From Camelus ferus (taxonomy: Eukaryota), in contig NC_045710.1 of NCBI RefSeq assembly GCF_009834535.1, forward strand, positions 32,860,001 through 32,924,000: DNA of 64,000 nt, given 5' to 3'. Positions 1 through 13,209 of the stretch are shown one piece after another. Below the pieces are notes generated by a model. It made no database searches. It was given only the letters and a program-made list of their open reading frames with translations, and was not told the DNA's origin. The translations under genes and the position numbers were made by a program. Numbering within the stretch: position 1 is the first letter of the stretch; every line of letters starts with the position of its first letter.

Positions 1-1254
1 CCTGCCCAGTGAGATAAGCCTGTATGGACAGAGAGGGTTCTCTTAGGAATCCAGATGGCCTGAGAGTTATCCACAGGGGCCTTCAAGGAGGTAGTCTTGC
101 AATCACTAGTAGAAGTTAAAATAACAAAGTGTTAATCAGTTGCAGACTATACCTCATGTGTGTTGATCTGTTATAGAGGCAGACAGTGTTGCAGAAAAGG
201 AACTGCATTTAGTGCAAGGAAAATTAGGGCAGCAGGATAGGGAACTCAAAGTCTCTGGTAAGAGTGTTCTGAGTGGAGCAGGGGACAGTGCGGGTGTGAG
301 TGCAGAGAGACCCCTGTGTGAGTGACAGCTGCAGCAGAGCAGTGCACGAAATGCATGAGGACAGGAGGCAGACCCCTGCTTAGGAGGATTTGCAGCCATG
401 ACAGTAAAGCCCCAGACGTAGTGATGAGAATTGGACCAAGAATCAGTAAGCGCCTCTCAAAAATCAGATGATACAGAAGGCAAGATAAGACACCTTCAGA
501 GATGAACTTACATCTTATAGTGCATACTTCATTGATTCTAATTTTCTTCCATACCCATCTAAACAAAAAGTTTGCGGCATGTGTGCACCATTCTCAAGCA
601 AATCTTTTTGAGATTTGAGTTTAAGCATTGAAACAAGACACTGGTTGTTAGAAAAAGCACTCAAATCTGAGTGTACATCTCTGCTGCTCAACACTAGGAG
701 GTCAGTCAGACATACGTTAAGTGGATTTATGTGGAGCCTTCCCAGGAACTGGGAAATGGGAGTTAGATGATTAGGATTAGTTTGCTGAAAGGTAGGAAGT
801 TATGTCCACACAGTCATGAGCGTGTTTTTGACTCCCTGAGTGTTCTGATTGAGTGAACCTGTAGTTAGTGGCTCGGTACCAGGGTCCTGTGTATACAGAC
901 GCATCTCATGGGGTCCACCACTCCTCCTCCACTTCCCGTCCAGAGTAGGATGGGGTGGGAACTGCGTGTGCTGTGCAGTGAAAGGTATCACCACCCCTTT
1001 CCCCTGCTGTGCTTTGAACTTAAATCTACTGATTCCCTTACTGAAGCACCTTTTGTTTTTCTCTGTAAGCACTTTAATAAGTGGAGGTTTCGAGTTATTA
1101 GTAAATCCTAGCTTTCCCTTTAAGAATGGAGTTTAGTGCTTACTATCTGTCTTAAGCAATTATCACTCAGTCACTGGAGATATTTCAATCCTCTCTCCGT
1201 TTGTTCTTAGGCTTTCAAGGATAGTCATTTAATTTTGATAGTTATTATTTAATC

Positions 1255-1430
1255 TTTTAAAGTCTTTATTATGGAAAATCTTGATATCAAAAGTAGAGAG
1301 ACTAGTATAATAAATCCCCCTGTGCCTATTCCTAGCTTAAGAGTTATGTGCTTATGTCTGGCCAGCCTTGTTTCCTCTTCCCTGTTATTTTGAAACAAAA
1401 AAAAATCATAAAAATATTTTTACGTTTTTC
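1255..1430 (-). mobile_element. Old L1 (L1ME-like) 3' region fragment
   Basis: tttattatggaaaat...aaaagtagagagactagtataataaatcccc...ttattttgaaacaaa resembles the recalled antisense L1ME 3' UTR consensus. Confidence 0.65.
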
Positions 1431-2499
1431 TACTCCTATTATTTCTCGACTCTATGTCTCAATCTTTTTACACAATTTTCTAAACATTGCAGCAATAAGG
1501 ACTTGTAAGTCATGTGCAGGGCTTTTCTCATGTGAATGCCCTGAACACATAAATGCAATTCAGATGGCTGTGCAGGCATATACAGTGTCTCCCCAGCCCA
1601 AGATGCTACACTAGCTGCGGGAATGGCACTGGTTTTGTAGGATAGAGGGGATTGAGGCATCAGATGTGCCCGCACTCAGGAGTAGGTGTGGGCTCTGTTC
1701 TGATAACCCGTACAGGCTAACAGTGAGCACAGCTTAGGTGCTCAGTAAGGGTCTCTGTTTAGACAGGCTAGAGAGGTTCAGAGCAAAAGGCTATGTGGTA
1801 TGGGGGTTTGGAGATGAAGGCTTTGGGAGGGGTACAATGGATTGGATTGGATATTGTTATCAGCATGATTCTGACTGCAGGAATTTGTTGGGAGCCCATT
1901 GAGTGACTAAATAAGGAATTGCCAAGCTGGAGCGTGGCAGCCAGACCACAGGAAGCTCAGCCCGAGTCCTACTACAAGAGCTCTGTGGCTCTATCACCAC
2001 CCCCAAGGCTGATCATCACTGTTGGATGCCACCTCTTGGATGGTATCCTAGACTGTCCCTGTGTCCTTGTCACCCCTCAAAGATTCAAAGTCTCAGGTAG
2101 GACTGTCTGATTAGTGGAGTAGGTCACACACCAGAAGGGTGGCTGCCAGGGGGAGGCGAATGAGGAGAGTGGTCTGGCTCCTTTAGCTTCTCTAGAAGAC
2201 ATGGGGCTCTGCCTTCTAGCCAGAAGCATGCAACAGAGGTTCTAACCAGCTAGAAGGGGGTTTTAAATGCTAAGCACCCAAAAAGATAAGGATTCACTCC
2301 GAACATTACTGTCACCTTGGACTGTTTCCTCTTCATTGTTCTCAGCACAGTCACAGGGTCTTCATTTTCCTTAAAAATGCTGTTGGCATCTGTGTCTCCT
2401 GTGTTTCCATTCCCATGGCAACTGCTGAGAGCCCAGGTGCCCCAGAGCATCTCCTATACAGGTTTCCTGCTTCAAGTCGTTCCCTCCCCTGGTCCTTCC

Positions 2500-2860
2500 T
2501 ACCCAGCACTGTTGCAGCTACTTTCATCTCCACCAAAACAGCACGGCAGCTCAAAAAATTGTTGATACCCTCCTGTTGCCTGGAAAATAAAGGCTAACTT
2601 TTTACCTTGGCCCTGCCTTCCATAAGTTGACATCTGGTCTCCATTTTCAGCCTTATCTGTCATTCCAGAAACCCTCCTTTCTGGCTAAGCAGGTCCCCAA
2701 ACACACCCCATGCCTTGCCCATTGATAGTTCTGTTGTCCAGAGTTCTTCCACTGTTTAGCCGACCTTCCCAGAGAGGGGTGACAGCGCTCCTTCACTCCT
2801 GTGGCCCTTGTGTGCCTTGCTTTGAGCCCCTTTCAGCTCTCATGTCTTGTTCGTGTAGAC
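2500..2860 (+). mobile_element. L2 LINE fragment
   Basis: Pyrimidine-rich degenerate match to the L2 3' region (ccctcctttctggc...ccatgccttgccc...ttctgttgtccagagttcttcc). Confidence 0.45.
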
Positions 2861-4844
2861 CAGTGAGCTAGCTGTGCTGCATGCTGCAGGTCTGTGTATT
2901 TCTCCTGTGCCAGCACAGGGCTGGGCATATGGGAGCTCCCTGGATATTTGAGTCTTCCTTTTTTCACAGGAGAGAAGAGGACAGGGGAAGTGAGGGATAG
3001 GGAAGGCTAAATGCAAAATACAGAGGTAGAAATGCTCAAATTGTAAGTTGAAAGCAGGCAGACTGAGGACTTGAGGACCGAGGCAAATGGAGTGGGAGGT
3101 GAGTTTGGGAAGATGGGGTGTTTGCTCGGTTTGTGATATAAACCAAATGGAAACACTTTGGTTACACGCTCCCAGGTGTGTGAGTGCACACCTGGTTTCA
3201 AAGGATGCTCTGGAGGTGGCTGAGAGTCGGGCAGCAAGGTTTTCCAGAGACTCAAGTGTGTGTCTGTATAAATAGAAGGTAAGCGTGGCAGGTGCTGGAG
3301 CAACATTGGCTGCTGATGGGATATGGATTTCCTGGCCCACACTGGTGGCAAATGGATTGTCCTCACAGCTTGTGCCTCATGGCTCTTTGATATGTATCCT
3401 CATGTTCTTTGCAGAAAGAGCAAGCAGAAATGCCTAACAGTCAGTGATGTGCCCCCTGGGGTTGCTCTTGACTGACATCTTCTCCAGGACAGCATCCCCG
3501 TGTGGTTCAGGGCATCACTGTGAAAGTCAGCTGGGACCTCCTGCCCATTATCCCATCAGCCTTGTTCAACTGTTCAGAGAAGTGTTGAAAGGGGCCCCTG
3601 ATTTGGGTTGTTGTCTACCTCACAGAACCCTGAAGTCCATGTCCACAGCAGCGTTCAAGTATGGAAGAGTGAGAAGGAAGAGTTGGAAAGAGTCAGGCGC
3701 CTAGAGAGTGTTCAGCTGGACAGGTTGGTGGAAGCAAAAGAGAAATGGCCTGTGCCTTGAGAGAACTAGTGGGGAGTTGGCAGTAGAAGGGTATGCCCCA
3801 TGAAAATGACTGCTGTCCAACGGGGTCAGTGTGCTGGGGACTTACAGCGGAGGCTGCCAGTCAGGACCAACCTCTCCCCCTCATCGCACCCTGGCCCACA
3901 TCCTGCTCGGGGCTTCCCCAAGGGCCACCTTCTCCCACTGCAGGGGCCATTCATGTCCGGACACGTGGATCCTGCTGCAGAGCTTCACTTGAACTGTAGG
4001 TTGTTTTTCTCTTGACCAGCCAGGCTTCCCAGCTGGGCTGGTTCTCTGAGTAGGTGCTGGTTTGTTCTTTGGATGCCCTAGGGCTCTTAGCCCTGCCCCG
4101 AGCAGCAGTGGGAGACTGCTGGAGGGGCTGGGGCTCTAGGGCCGTAATTCTGCCTCCCTGCTTCCGGATGAAGGACTTCCAACCCCTTTAAGCCTGCTCA
4201 TTTGTAAAATGGATGCAGATGTATCTCAGTTTACAGGAGAAACACGTGAGATGTCCCTGGACGGAGCAGGCATTCAGCCTCCAGCAAACACTGTCAGGGT
4301 GACCACCCTCTCCTCCCCTGCAGCCCGTGTATGTCATCACCCAGGATCAGTCTGTAACAGTTGTTCTATAAATACATGTCTGTTGGTTAAAGGCAGTGAG
4401 GGTTGTCATGATATCGGTTTTGGAAGGTCTCTTTAGAGCTCTCATTTTAGCCTGTGAGCATTCAGAACTAGAACCGTTCAGGGAAGGCCTGGAACTTGTC
4501 TTACTCAGTGATTAAGGAAACAGTTTGTTTGATAAAAGGAGATTAAGGCAAGTGATTACTTTGCTGAACAATGAATAGCTGGCTAATGCCAGGTAGAGAC
4601 ATCTTAAGAGAGAGGAAGTTAAGCATCCAATAAAGGGAACAATAGAAATGAGTAGGGGAAATATAGACTGAATGCCTGGGCATTAGACGGTGTGACATAG
4701 TAAAACTTGGGGATCTCCTAAGGGGAGGCAGTGTGTCGAAGAGGACAGATGTCTGCGAGTTACTCAGTGTCTGAGCTGAGGTTTCTTTAACCCTGGAATG
4801 GGGGTAATAATGCCATTTCACAGAGTTGATGTGAATATGGGATA

Positions 4845-5210
4845 AAAAAATTTTTTTATAATCAGCTTTATAGAAATACAAGCTACATATAATACAATTT
4901 TTTTTTTTACCTATTTTAAGTATAAATCTGATGAGTTTTGACAAGTGTATACAATCTCCTACCACCAGCACAATCACAATATGAACATTGCCACCATCCT
5001 CAAAGTTCCTATGCCTCTTGGTAGTCAGCTCCCTCATTTCATCTCTGGCCATTGGCAATCACTTATCTGCTTTATGAATCTAAAGCTGTACATTTTCTTG
5101 GATTTCATAAAAATGGCATCGAGGAGAATATGTTCTATCGTTGCTGGTGTCCTTTACTTGCGAGTTGTTTTAAGAGTCACTCTTGTTGCACATAGTCAAC
5201 TCCATTTGAT
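4845..5210 (-). mobile_element. L1 (L1MB/L1MC-like) 3' UTR fragment
   Basis: Starts with a poly-T tail, then cagctttatagaaatac...ctgatgagttttgacaagtgtatac...gaacattgccaccatcctcaaagttcc, typical antisense L1M 3' end. Confidence 0.85.
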
Positions 5211-7989
5211 GAAGATGGTATTTGACAGAGTGTGTGACAACCTGTCTGTGGTGCCTGGCACGTAGTAGTTCCCTCCCATTTCCCCCTAAGTAGGGGAAAA
5301 AATTTTCATTTAAAAAGTGAGTTCATCAGTGTCATCCATGCTTCATTCTCTACCTGGGTAAATGAGGAACTAGGGCAGACAGAGGTGCTTGTTGAGGACG
5401 TTAGTTTTAAGGGTTTGACCTCATGTGGAGGAGAATGTCTACTGAGGAATGGAATAAATTTAAGGGGCGATAAATGATGTTGATTAGGTACATTTTCACA
5501 AATTGATTTCTGTTCTGTTTTTACTTATGGTCACCAGGTGTGCTCCCTTGAAACACAGACAGCTGTAGTAACAATAACTCCCAGCAGTGGTGAGCCTGAC
5601 ACTGGTAATACTAACTTTGGAGGATTTCAAGGTGTAAAAGAGGACTTTTTCTTTAAAAAAAAAAAAAAGTGTCTGCTTTGCAGGCAGGGTAGGTCTGGCT
5701 GTCTCTTTGCACCCTGATGTCATTTGGCTGGACCCTGGACCTTGGGGATAAAGTATAGCCGACTGAAGCAAGATAGCCATGTGATGATTTTAAAAGTAAT
5801 GACAGGACACTGGGAAAAGTCTAATTCATTCTTTACTTCTCTAATTTGGCTAGGGAAAAAATGCTTTTCTGAGTTTATGCAAAGTGATTATGTTTTATTC
5901 ATCATCTGGTAGATGTCACTCTGAAGGCATGCAGTGTAGGTGATGTCAGCTTTTCCATCTCAGCTGAGTCAAATTGTACTGAGCCCTTATGTATGCTCTG
6001 TTAGTTGGCTGGGGAAGCCAAGCAGAAGAGGGCATGGCGCCCATCCCAGTGCGTTAGGAAAGCAAGAGTCATCTCTGCAAGGTGAGATCTGCTCAGGTAT
6101 AGAGGCAGTGCGTGGGCCCTCCAGGGCGGAGACACTAATATAGAAAGGTGGGGGGCATGGACCAGGAGTTCCAGAGATGCTGGTGTTTGGACTGCGACTG
6201 AGGCTCACTGAGAAAGGTGGAGGAGGACATTTCAGGTAGAGTCCCAGCACTTTGCTATTCCTGTCCTGGATGTGCCTACGCCAAGGCGGTTATCCGTGAA
6301 GGGGCATCTGTTACCTTGATGTTGCTCCTACCCAGTGGGCATGGGAGGATCTGGGTTCTGGTTCTCATCTTCAGCCTGGCTCTGTTACCTTGTTCAAGTC
6401 ACTGAACCTCTTTCAGGGGCACATTGCTCTTTGTAGGCTGGTTAAATGGTCGTAGGCATCCCCACCCTGCCTATAGGTGGTCTGCACAGGGTCCAGGGGA
6501 AGAAATTCGAAGTCCTGGGCTTTAAGTAGCCATAGTGGAGAAAGGGCTCTTTGCTCCCTCCTGTCTCCTGGAAGTCTCATCTCCCAGGCATCCTACAAGG
6601 ATGATATGACCACCTAAATGCCTGGTTTTCCTCTTCAGCCTTTTTTTGGCATTTCCCTTCTCTGGCTTTTTGTATATTGGATTTACATATTTGAATCAAG
6701 TAATTGACATTATTTTTGGTAAACACCATAATGTAAATATTTTCCTTAGAAGACAGAATAATTTTGAGTCAGTATACCCTTATCAGTGTAGTGATGTACA
6801 CAAATACTTTTATTTTAATAGATTATGGAGAAAATAAATGCAGTTGGTAAATAATCCTAAATATATACATGTTCCTAAATAACCAGAGGTGACTTGCTTG
6901 TAGTCTGGAGCTTCATGTCTAGCCTTTAAAAGCAGGGATGTAGGAGAAAAAATGATGACCATTAATAACTAGATTGGTGGTATTATTAAATATAATATGT
7001 CCTTTGAAATAGCTAAAATTATATGAAACCAACACTTAAATAATTTAGAGAACTGTCCACTCTTTATTTCAGTAAGAAGTATAGGCATTAATACCTGGTT
7101 TATCCATTTGCCCATCCATCTCTCTGTGCATGCACCCATCCATGTAACCTTGGCCAGCATCCCCCAGCCTGTATTGCACGGAAGATGATACCTTTAGAGC
7201 ACTTGTAGGATATTGGCTTTCCTCAGAACACAGCTTGGTAATTGCTGTGCAAGGCAGTGTGTCAGTAGTTCTGATGAATCAAGTCTCCTCTTTTTAATCA
7301 GGCTGCCCATCTTGGTCCATGCTGACAGAGACAAGTCAGTAACAGAAATAACCATTTGATGGTTTTTATTTTACATTTTTATTGTAAAAACCTGAGGAAA
7401 GTTTATCTAGGTCAAAGGAATAAATACATAGCTAGTGTTACAGAACACAATGCAATTGAGGATCCTTAGAGGATGGAAGGCATGTTGCCCAAGATGACTG
7501 CTAGATGTTGAGAGGTGTACAAGGAGATGGTGCCCTTCACGGAAGAGATGATCTCTGTCTTCTTTTCCCCTGGTCTGTCTGGCTGAAGAAAGAGGAGTCA
7601 AGGTCAGTTTTGTGGCAACTTGGATGGAGGGACTTGCAAGATGGTGTATGGTTTGAGAGAAACACTTCCTCAGCCACCTAAGTGGCTTTTCATTGGTCTG
7701 CCTGCTGCCAGAAACTCCTTCACTAGAGATTCAGTTCTTTGAGTTGAATTTTAATAATAACCATGGCTGGTCAGAGTGTGGTGAGAGGGACACTCTGGGG
7801 GAATATAAATTTGCCATTATGCATGGCACTCATTTAATAAGTATATACCTTTTCTTATCCAGCTGTTCCACTTTTATCAACTTATGCCAAGGACATAGCT
7901 GGCAAGCACATAAAAGGCACGTGGACATTTTCCCACTGCGGGCTTGTTAATGATTAAGACAACTGGTAATATCCTGAACCCCTTAAAAA

Positions 7990-8290
7990 AAAAGATCGGT
8001 GAAGTATATTTTGGTATATTACACAATAAAGTACCATGCGACTATTCCAAATATTGTAATTTTAACTTTAATGACTGGAAATAGTATTCAGTATTGTTGA
8101 ATGACAAAAAGCAGATTCTAAGGAATATGAGCTCTTTTAGTGGGAAGAATAAATGCATACACACAAGAATAAAACAGGAAAAGTTATACATTAAAATGAT
8201 AAAATTAGTTATTTCTTGATGAGAATGAGTAATTTTTAAGAATTTATCTTTGTTCCTATCTAGATTTAAAATCTTATTAAAATAAGTATG
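7990..8290 (+). mobile_element. Old L1 (L1MC/L1ME-like) 3' fragment
   Basis: tattgttgaatgacaaaaagcagattc...ggaaaagttatacattaaaatgataaaattagttatttc is a degenerate match to the L1ME 3' end. Confidence 0.5.
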
Positions 8291-8383
8291 CATTAATGGT
8301 ATAAAAATAAGGGTTTTTTTAAAAAGATAACCTTTCTTAAAGTATGTCTATTTCCTAAGTGATAGAAAACTGTCTTAGATACC

Positions 8384-8890
8384 TGTGTTAGGTACCTGTT
8401 AATGTGTAACAAATTACCCCCAAATTTAGCTGCTTGATAATGATAAACATTTACTAACTTGTAGTTTCTGTGGGTCAGGAATTCAGGGAGAAGCTTCGTT
8501 TTGTTGGTTATGGCTCAGGGGCTCTCATAAGGCTGCAGTCAATTTTCTGGCTGGTACTGCAGTCATCTGAAAGCTTGATCCACTTCCAAAATGACTCTTT
8601 CCCATGGCTGTTGGCAGGAGGCCTCGGTCTTGCTGTGTAAGTCTGTCCATAAAACTACTAGAGTGTCCTCACAACATGGCAGCTGGCTTCCCCCACAGAG
8701 AGTGGTCCAAGAGGGAGCAAAGGTAGAGCCATAGTGGCTCTTAGACCTAGTCTCTGAAATCACACATCACTTCACCTTTTTTATTCCTTGGAGGCAAGTC
8801 ACTAAGTCCAGCCCATGCTGGAAGGGAGGGGAATTAAGCTCCACTTCTTGAAGAGAGGAATATGAAAGAATTTGTGGACATCTTTTAAAA
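8384..8890 (-). mobile_element. MaLR solo LTR, MLT1F-like, near full length
   Basis: Continuous match to the recalled MLT1F consensus: tgtgttagg...taacaaattacccc...tttctgtgggtcaggaattc...catggcagctggcttcccc...gtcactaagtccagccc...aaagaatttgtggacatcttttaaaa. Confidence 0.92.
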
Positions 8891-9609
8891 GAATTACGAA
8901 CACATGAAATCATTTGCAATCATTAACACATCAGCGTGATTAGGTTCTATCCACTAGGAGCCATCTTTCCTGTCAGTGGGTAATTGAGAACAGTCCTAAA
9001 GGATGTGAGTTTTGGTTTTGAGAGTAAGATGTGCTTGGTAATGTTTAAGGAACAGAAAGCTGCTAACAGAAAGAGGATTGGGTTTTTGGAGTCTGGAGAC
9101 TTGATTCTACCACATATTGCCCACATACCTTCAGTAAGTCAGGTGTCTCCTTGGTTTTCCTATTAGGCCATGCTGGGGGTCAAATAAACTAATGCAGTTG
9201 AGAGCCCTATGGAAACTATAGAACAATACAGGAAGCTGGCTGTTACTATCATTATCACCCACACTGTTGTTATTGTTGGAAAGGGGTACCTTGTGACAGT
9301 CGGAGTATAGTGGGACATAGAATGGATTGGGGAGTAGAGAGAGGGAATTGAAAACCATTCTAGCCAGACAAGTGTTTCCTAGGGCTGGCTCCAAGGCCAG
9401 GATGGAGAAGGCCTTTCTCAACCATGAACTCCCATGAGGCCATGACAGTTACAGGAATTTCTGTGAAGATGTGCTGTCCTGGGTCTTCATAGAACACCAA
9501 GGCCTAGTCTATGAGCAAGGCAACTGTCAGGGTAGAATGTATCAAGAAGGCAACCTTCTCCCACCTCTGGAATCCGAAAGCCCTCACTCTTCTTAGATTG
9601 GTGTCGTCT

Positions 9610-9750
9610 ATCCATTTATTGTTTTAGGAACTGTGTATTCATTCCCAGCTGGGTGCCAAGCCCTGTGCTAAGAGCTGGGGAGACAGTTAAATAGGCCACA
9701 GCCTTTTCTCCCCAGCATCCAAATCCAGTGGGAAAGGCTGATGTGCAAAC
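9610..9750 (-). mobile_element. L2 3' end fragment
   Basis: atccatttattg...gtgccaagccctgtgctaagagctggggagacag is the antisense L2 tail motif. Confidence 0.6.
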
Positions 9751-10444
9751 ATTTTGAAAAGTAGAAGACTGAGCCTTGGCTGGTGGCCTCATTCCCCAAG
9801 CCTGGATTTGAGTTTCAGGAAATAGTTTTCTCAGATGGCCTTATTCTTTCAGAGGTCACATAGCTCTGAAAATTTTATGTCTTTGGAGATTAAACCCTTT
9901 TCCCTCCACTGATGTTTATAGGCTCTTGGAGTGTTGGGCAAAGATAAAGCCAGGCAATTGCATTCAGATGGCTGTAATTTCCACTCCTCCTTCCTTCCAA
10001 GTCTTAATGGCCAACACCACACAGTTTCCAAAGGCCCTTTCATGCTCTTCCAGAATTGGCAGGGCCTGTAGTTAGGGCTGCACAGAGCAGCTCCTGCCTG
10101 ATGTTCCACTTGCTGTCGGCTGGTGCTGTTTGCAGAGAAGGTTGACGCTGGTCTGGGGAGAAAGTTGCCCAGCAGTTGGTTCTCTATTTCTTATATTTCC
10201 TTATATTTCTAGTGGGAGGTGACTCTAAATATTCAGAAATAATCCTTGTGCTGTTAGCTCATGCCGAGCTGTGAAAGGAAAATTATTTTTATTTGGCTGT
10301 TTGTGACCTCTGTGCATTAGGCAGTAAACCAGGTCAAAGTTTGTTCTCATTAGATCCATTAATCTACAACAGACATTAAGTGGAAACTGTTGCTTCAGAT
10401 AAAATGCAATTAGGGAAAAAAAAGCCCCCAAACAAAAAATAACC

Positions 10445-10947
10445 CAGAAAATAACAAACGTTGATGAAAATGTGGAGAAATTGGAACCCTGTGTGCTGTT
10501 GGCAGGAATGTAAAACGGTACAGCCATTATGGAAAACAGCATGGCAGTTCCTCAAAAAATTAAACATAGAATTACCATGATTCAGAAATTCTGCTATTGG
10601 GTGTATACTCCTCAATATCTGAAAGCAGAGACTCAAACAAATATTTGCATACCAATGTTCAGTGCAGTATTATTCAGAATAGCGAAAAGGTGGAAACAAT
10701 GCAAATGTCCATTCATAGATAAATGTATTAACAAAATGTGGTGTATCTATACAATGGCATTCTGTCACATGCTACAAGATGGTCAAATCTTGTATGATTC
10801 TGCTTATGGGAGGTCCTAGAGTAGTCAAATTCATAGAGACAGAAAGTAGAAGAATGGTTGGTAGGGGGAGGAGGGACTGAGGGGTACAGAGTTTCAGTCT
10901 GGGAATATGAACGTTCTGGAAATGGATGGTGGTGATAGTTGCAAAAC
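10445..10947 (+). mobile_element. L1MB-type fragment: ORF2 C-terminus and part of the 3' UTR, with internal deletions
   Basis: ORF 10529-10819 contains ICIPMFSAVLFRIAKRWKQCKCPFIDKCINKMWCIYTM, homologous to the L1 ORF2p C-terminal motif CTPMFIAALFTIAKxWKQPKCP...WI.KMW; 3' UTR gtagtcaaattcatagagacagaaagtagaa follows. Confidence 0.93.
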
Positions 10948-10960
10948 CATCACCACCCCT

Positions 10961-11235
10961 GAACTAGGCCCTGGGGATACAGCATTGAACCAGACAGCCG
11001 CCCTGACAGCAAGGAGATCTTCTGGCTTATTTTCTACTGATGGGGGATGGACAATAAATATTTAACATGTGAAGAAGGCAATATAGGTTCTATAAGGGCT
11101 TTGAGAATGTTAAAATGTGAAATTAATATGGTAGAGAACCATGTCATGTGTGTGCATGGAGTGGGGCGTGCTTAACCTGTGGTGGCTGGAGAGGGACTCT
11201 GGAGAGTTGACATTTGGGCTAAGTCCTGAATGCTG
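10961..11235 (-). mobile_element. L2 3' region fragment
   Basis: ctaggccctggggatacagcattgaaccagacag...gacatttgggctaagtcctgaatg matches antisense L2. Confidence 0.7.
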
Positions 11236-12459
11236 AGAATTGATTTGATCCACTAAATCTTATTGAATATATTTGGACCCCTTTTTACCTGAAATCTCAC
11301 TGAGATTGCTCAGATACAGAAATTACTACAAAATCCAAGACTTATGAATTGTGCTCGCAAAGCATGGGTGTCTGTGTTGCATATTTTTAACTGATTAGGA
11401 TTGAGGATTGAGATGGGGACAAGCAAGGCATTAGCAGTCTAGGATGCTAAAATGTTTCTTACTGAATACCAAATGCCTAGACCTGGCAGTGTTTTCACTC
11501 AGGAAATGTGTTAGCTGGTTCACATCATTTTCATTTAATTTTTTTAGGAACTGAATCCAATGAAGTTTGCCACGGGCCTTCAAAACTTCTATGCATTTTA
11601 GAAAATAATTGATTTACAAAAATCAGATTATTACTGATTTTTTTATCACTTGGTATCATTCAAAAGGAGATCAGTCTGTTTCACCTTAGAAACCAGGGCC
11701 ATTTATTTAAAGCTTTGAATGTGGAATTTGAAGATTTTTTTTTCTTAATAATTGACTTGAGATGGAAAAAAATATGCTTCTGGGACAATGAAGTGTGTGC
11801 ACGGTTGATTTGTACGATGTGTTTAGATTTCCCATTGTGTATTTTAGAGACTCCCCTGTTGTTGCCCAGATTTTTCTTTTTAAATCAGTCTTAGGGTAGA
11901 AGATGAGAGCTCCCTGAAGACTATGGTAATGCAGTGGAATTGTTAGATGTCTGCAGTGCATGGGCCTTGATATCTGTAAAACCCTGAAGCCCCGCCGGAA
12001 ACATTAAATAAGAGTCCTGTGACTTCAGAGTTGGAGAGTAGGTCACTTTGCAATCTGTTCTTTTTTACAGAGTGTGTGGCCATCTTTGCCTTAGGATAGT
12101 GAAATGGTATTTCCCAGGACAGAAGAATTGAAGTCATTTGACTTTCAAGGCTATAGATCCCATCATCCTTGGGAATTTTGCCCCGTAAGCTAACTGGGAA
12201 ATTATTTCTGCCTCATGAAAATCTCTGGTCTTCTTAGGTCTTTCCCTCCTCTACTGGTTTGGTTGGAATTGGGTGTCTGCCAGGTGGGTGGTGACTGATG
12301 GGAGGGGCACACAATATGTGGCTCAGAAGGTAACTCTGGGATTAAGCTTTCATCTTTCATGGTACACTAGAGAAGTTAGCTCTTGACTCTTTTAGAAAAA
12401 CCATCTCTTGTTTCTGAAACCTGCAATGATTAGAACCCAGAAGCATTAGTAGACTTACT

Positions 12460-12830
12460 TCTGTCAATAAGGATTTACCAAAGACCTACTGGATGCCCAG
12501 CCCATCTTGCAATAATGGGCTGCAGGTTAAGCAGGTGAAGAGTCTCACCCCAAGTAGCTTCAGGTCTGGTTGAGGAGCCAACATATAAAGAAATAAAAGA
12601 ATCAGAAAACAACAGCAAAATCATCAAATCGGCATATTTGGATTACTGTCCTGTAGGCACAGGATGTAGGAATAGGTGTGCTGAGAGTCATTGCTAAATG
12701 AAAGATCAAAGAAACAAAGAAGTGATCAGTGTGGCTGGAGGTCAGGGAGGCTTCGTGGAGAAGGTGGAGCTTGGGTAGGCCTTGAAGGAAGACCATGACT
12801 GACTGAACAGGTCTGGGAGCAGGACAAGGA
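12460..12830 (-). mobile_element. L2 fragment
   Basis: caataaggatttaccaaagacctactggatgccc...ggtcagggaggcttcgtggagaaggtggagcttgggtaggccttgaagga. Confidence 0.6.
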
Positions 12831-12884
12831 ACACTTCTGAAGAACTCAGAGCCCCAGACCTTCCCTAGGGCATAGAAAGAAAGA

Positions 12885-13209
12885 TTATCTAAAGTGTTAG
12901 TTATGTTTAGGAAGCATTCATCTAATATCTCAAGTTATCTACAGGGTTAATAGATATTAGATGGGGGAGGTGGAGACCGGTGTGCTCTGTGGTCAAGTAA
13001 GTTTGGATAAGTTGCTGGAATAAGTAACTCAGAATTTCCCTGCAAGACTCCTCAGGCCTTTCACATGCTGATGTTCACAGCGACTTTCCCAGATGGGCAT
13101 GTACAGCGGGCAGTTTCCTGCTGCTTGAACCACAGAACCATGTTTTTTTCCAGGAGGATCTTGGCAGGAATAGAGTTCCAAAGAGTATAATTGAGTTGGG
13201 CAAATGCTA
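12885..13209. mobile_element. hAT-Charlie non-autonomous DNA transposon, MER103C-like
   Basis: ctgtggtcaagtaagtttgg...ctgcaagactcctcaggcctttcacatgctgatgt...ttgaaccacagaaccatgtttttt follows the recalled MER103C internal sequence. Confidence 0.7.

Noticed and set aside
4543-5058. 171-aa ORF
   Set aside because: Partly within an L1 3' UTR fragment and crosses an A/T homopolymer; no homology recognised.
10529-10819. ORF with real protein homology
   Set aside because: It is a decayed L1 ORF2p C-terminal fragment with internal deletions, not a host gene; likewise ORF 30612-30794.
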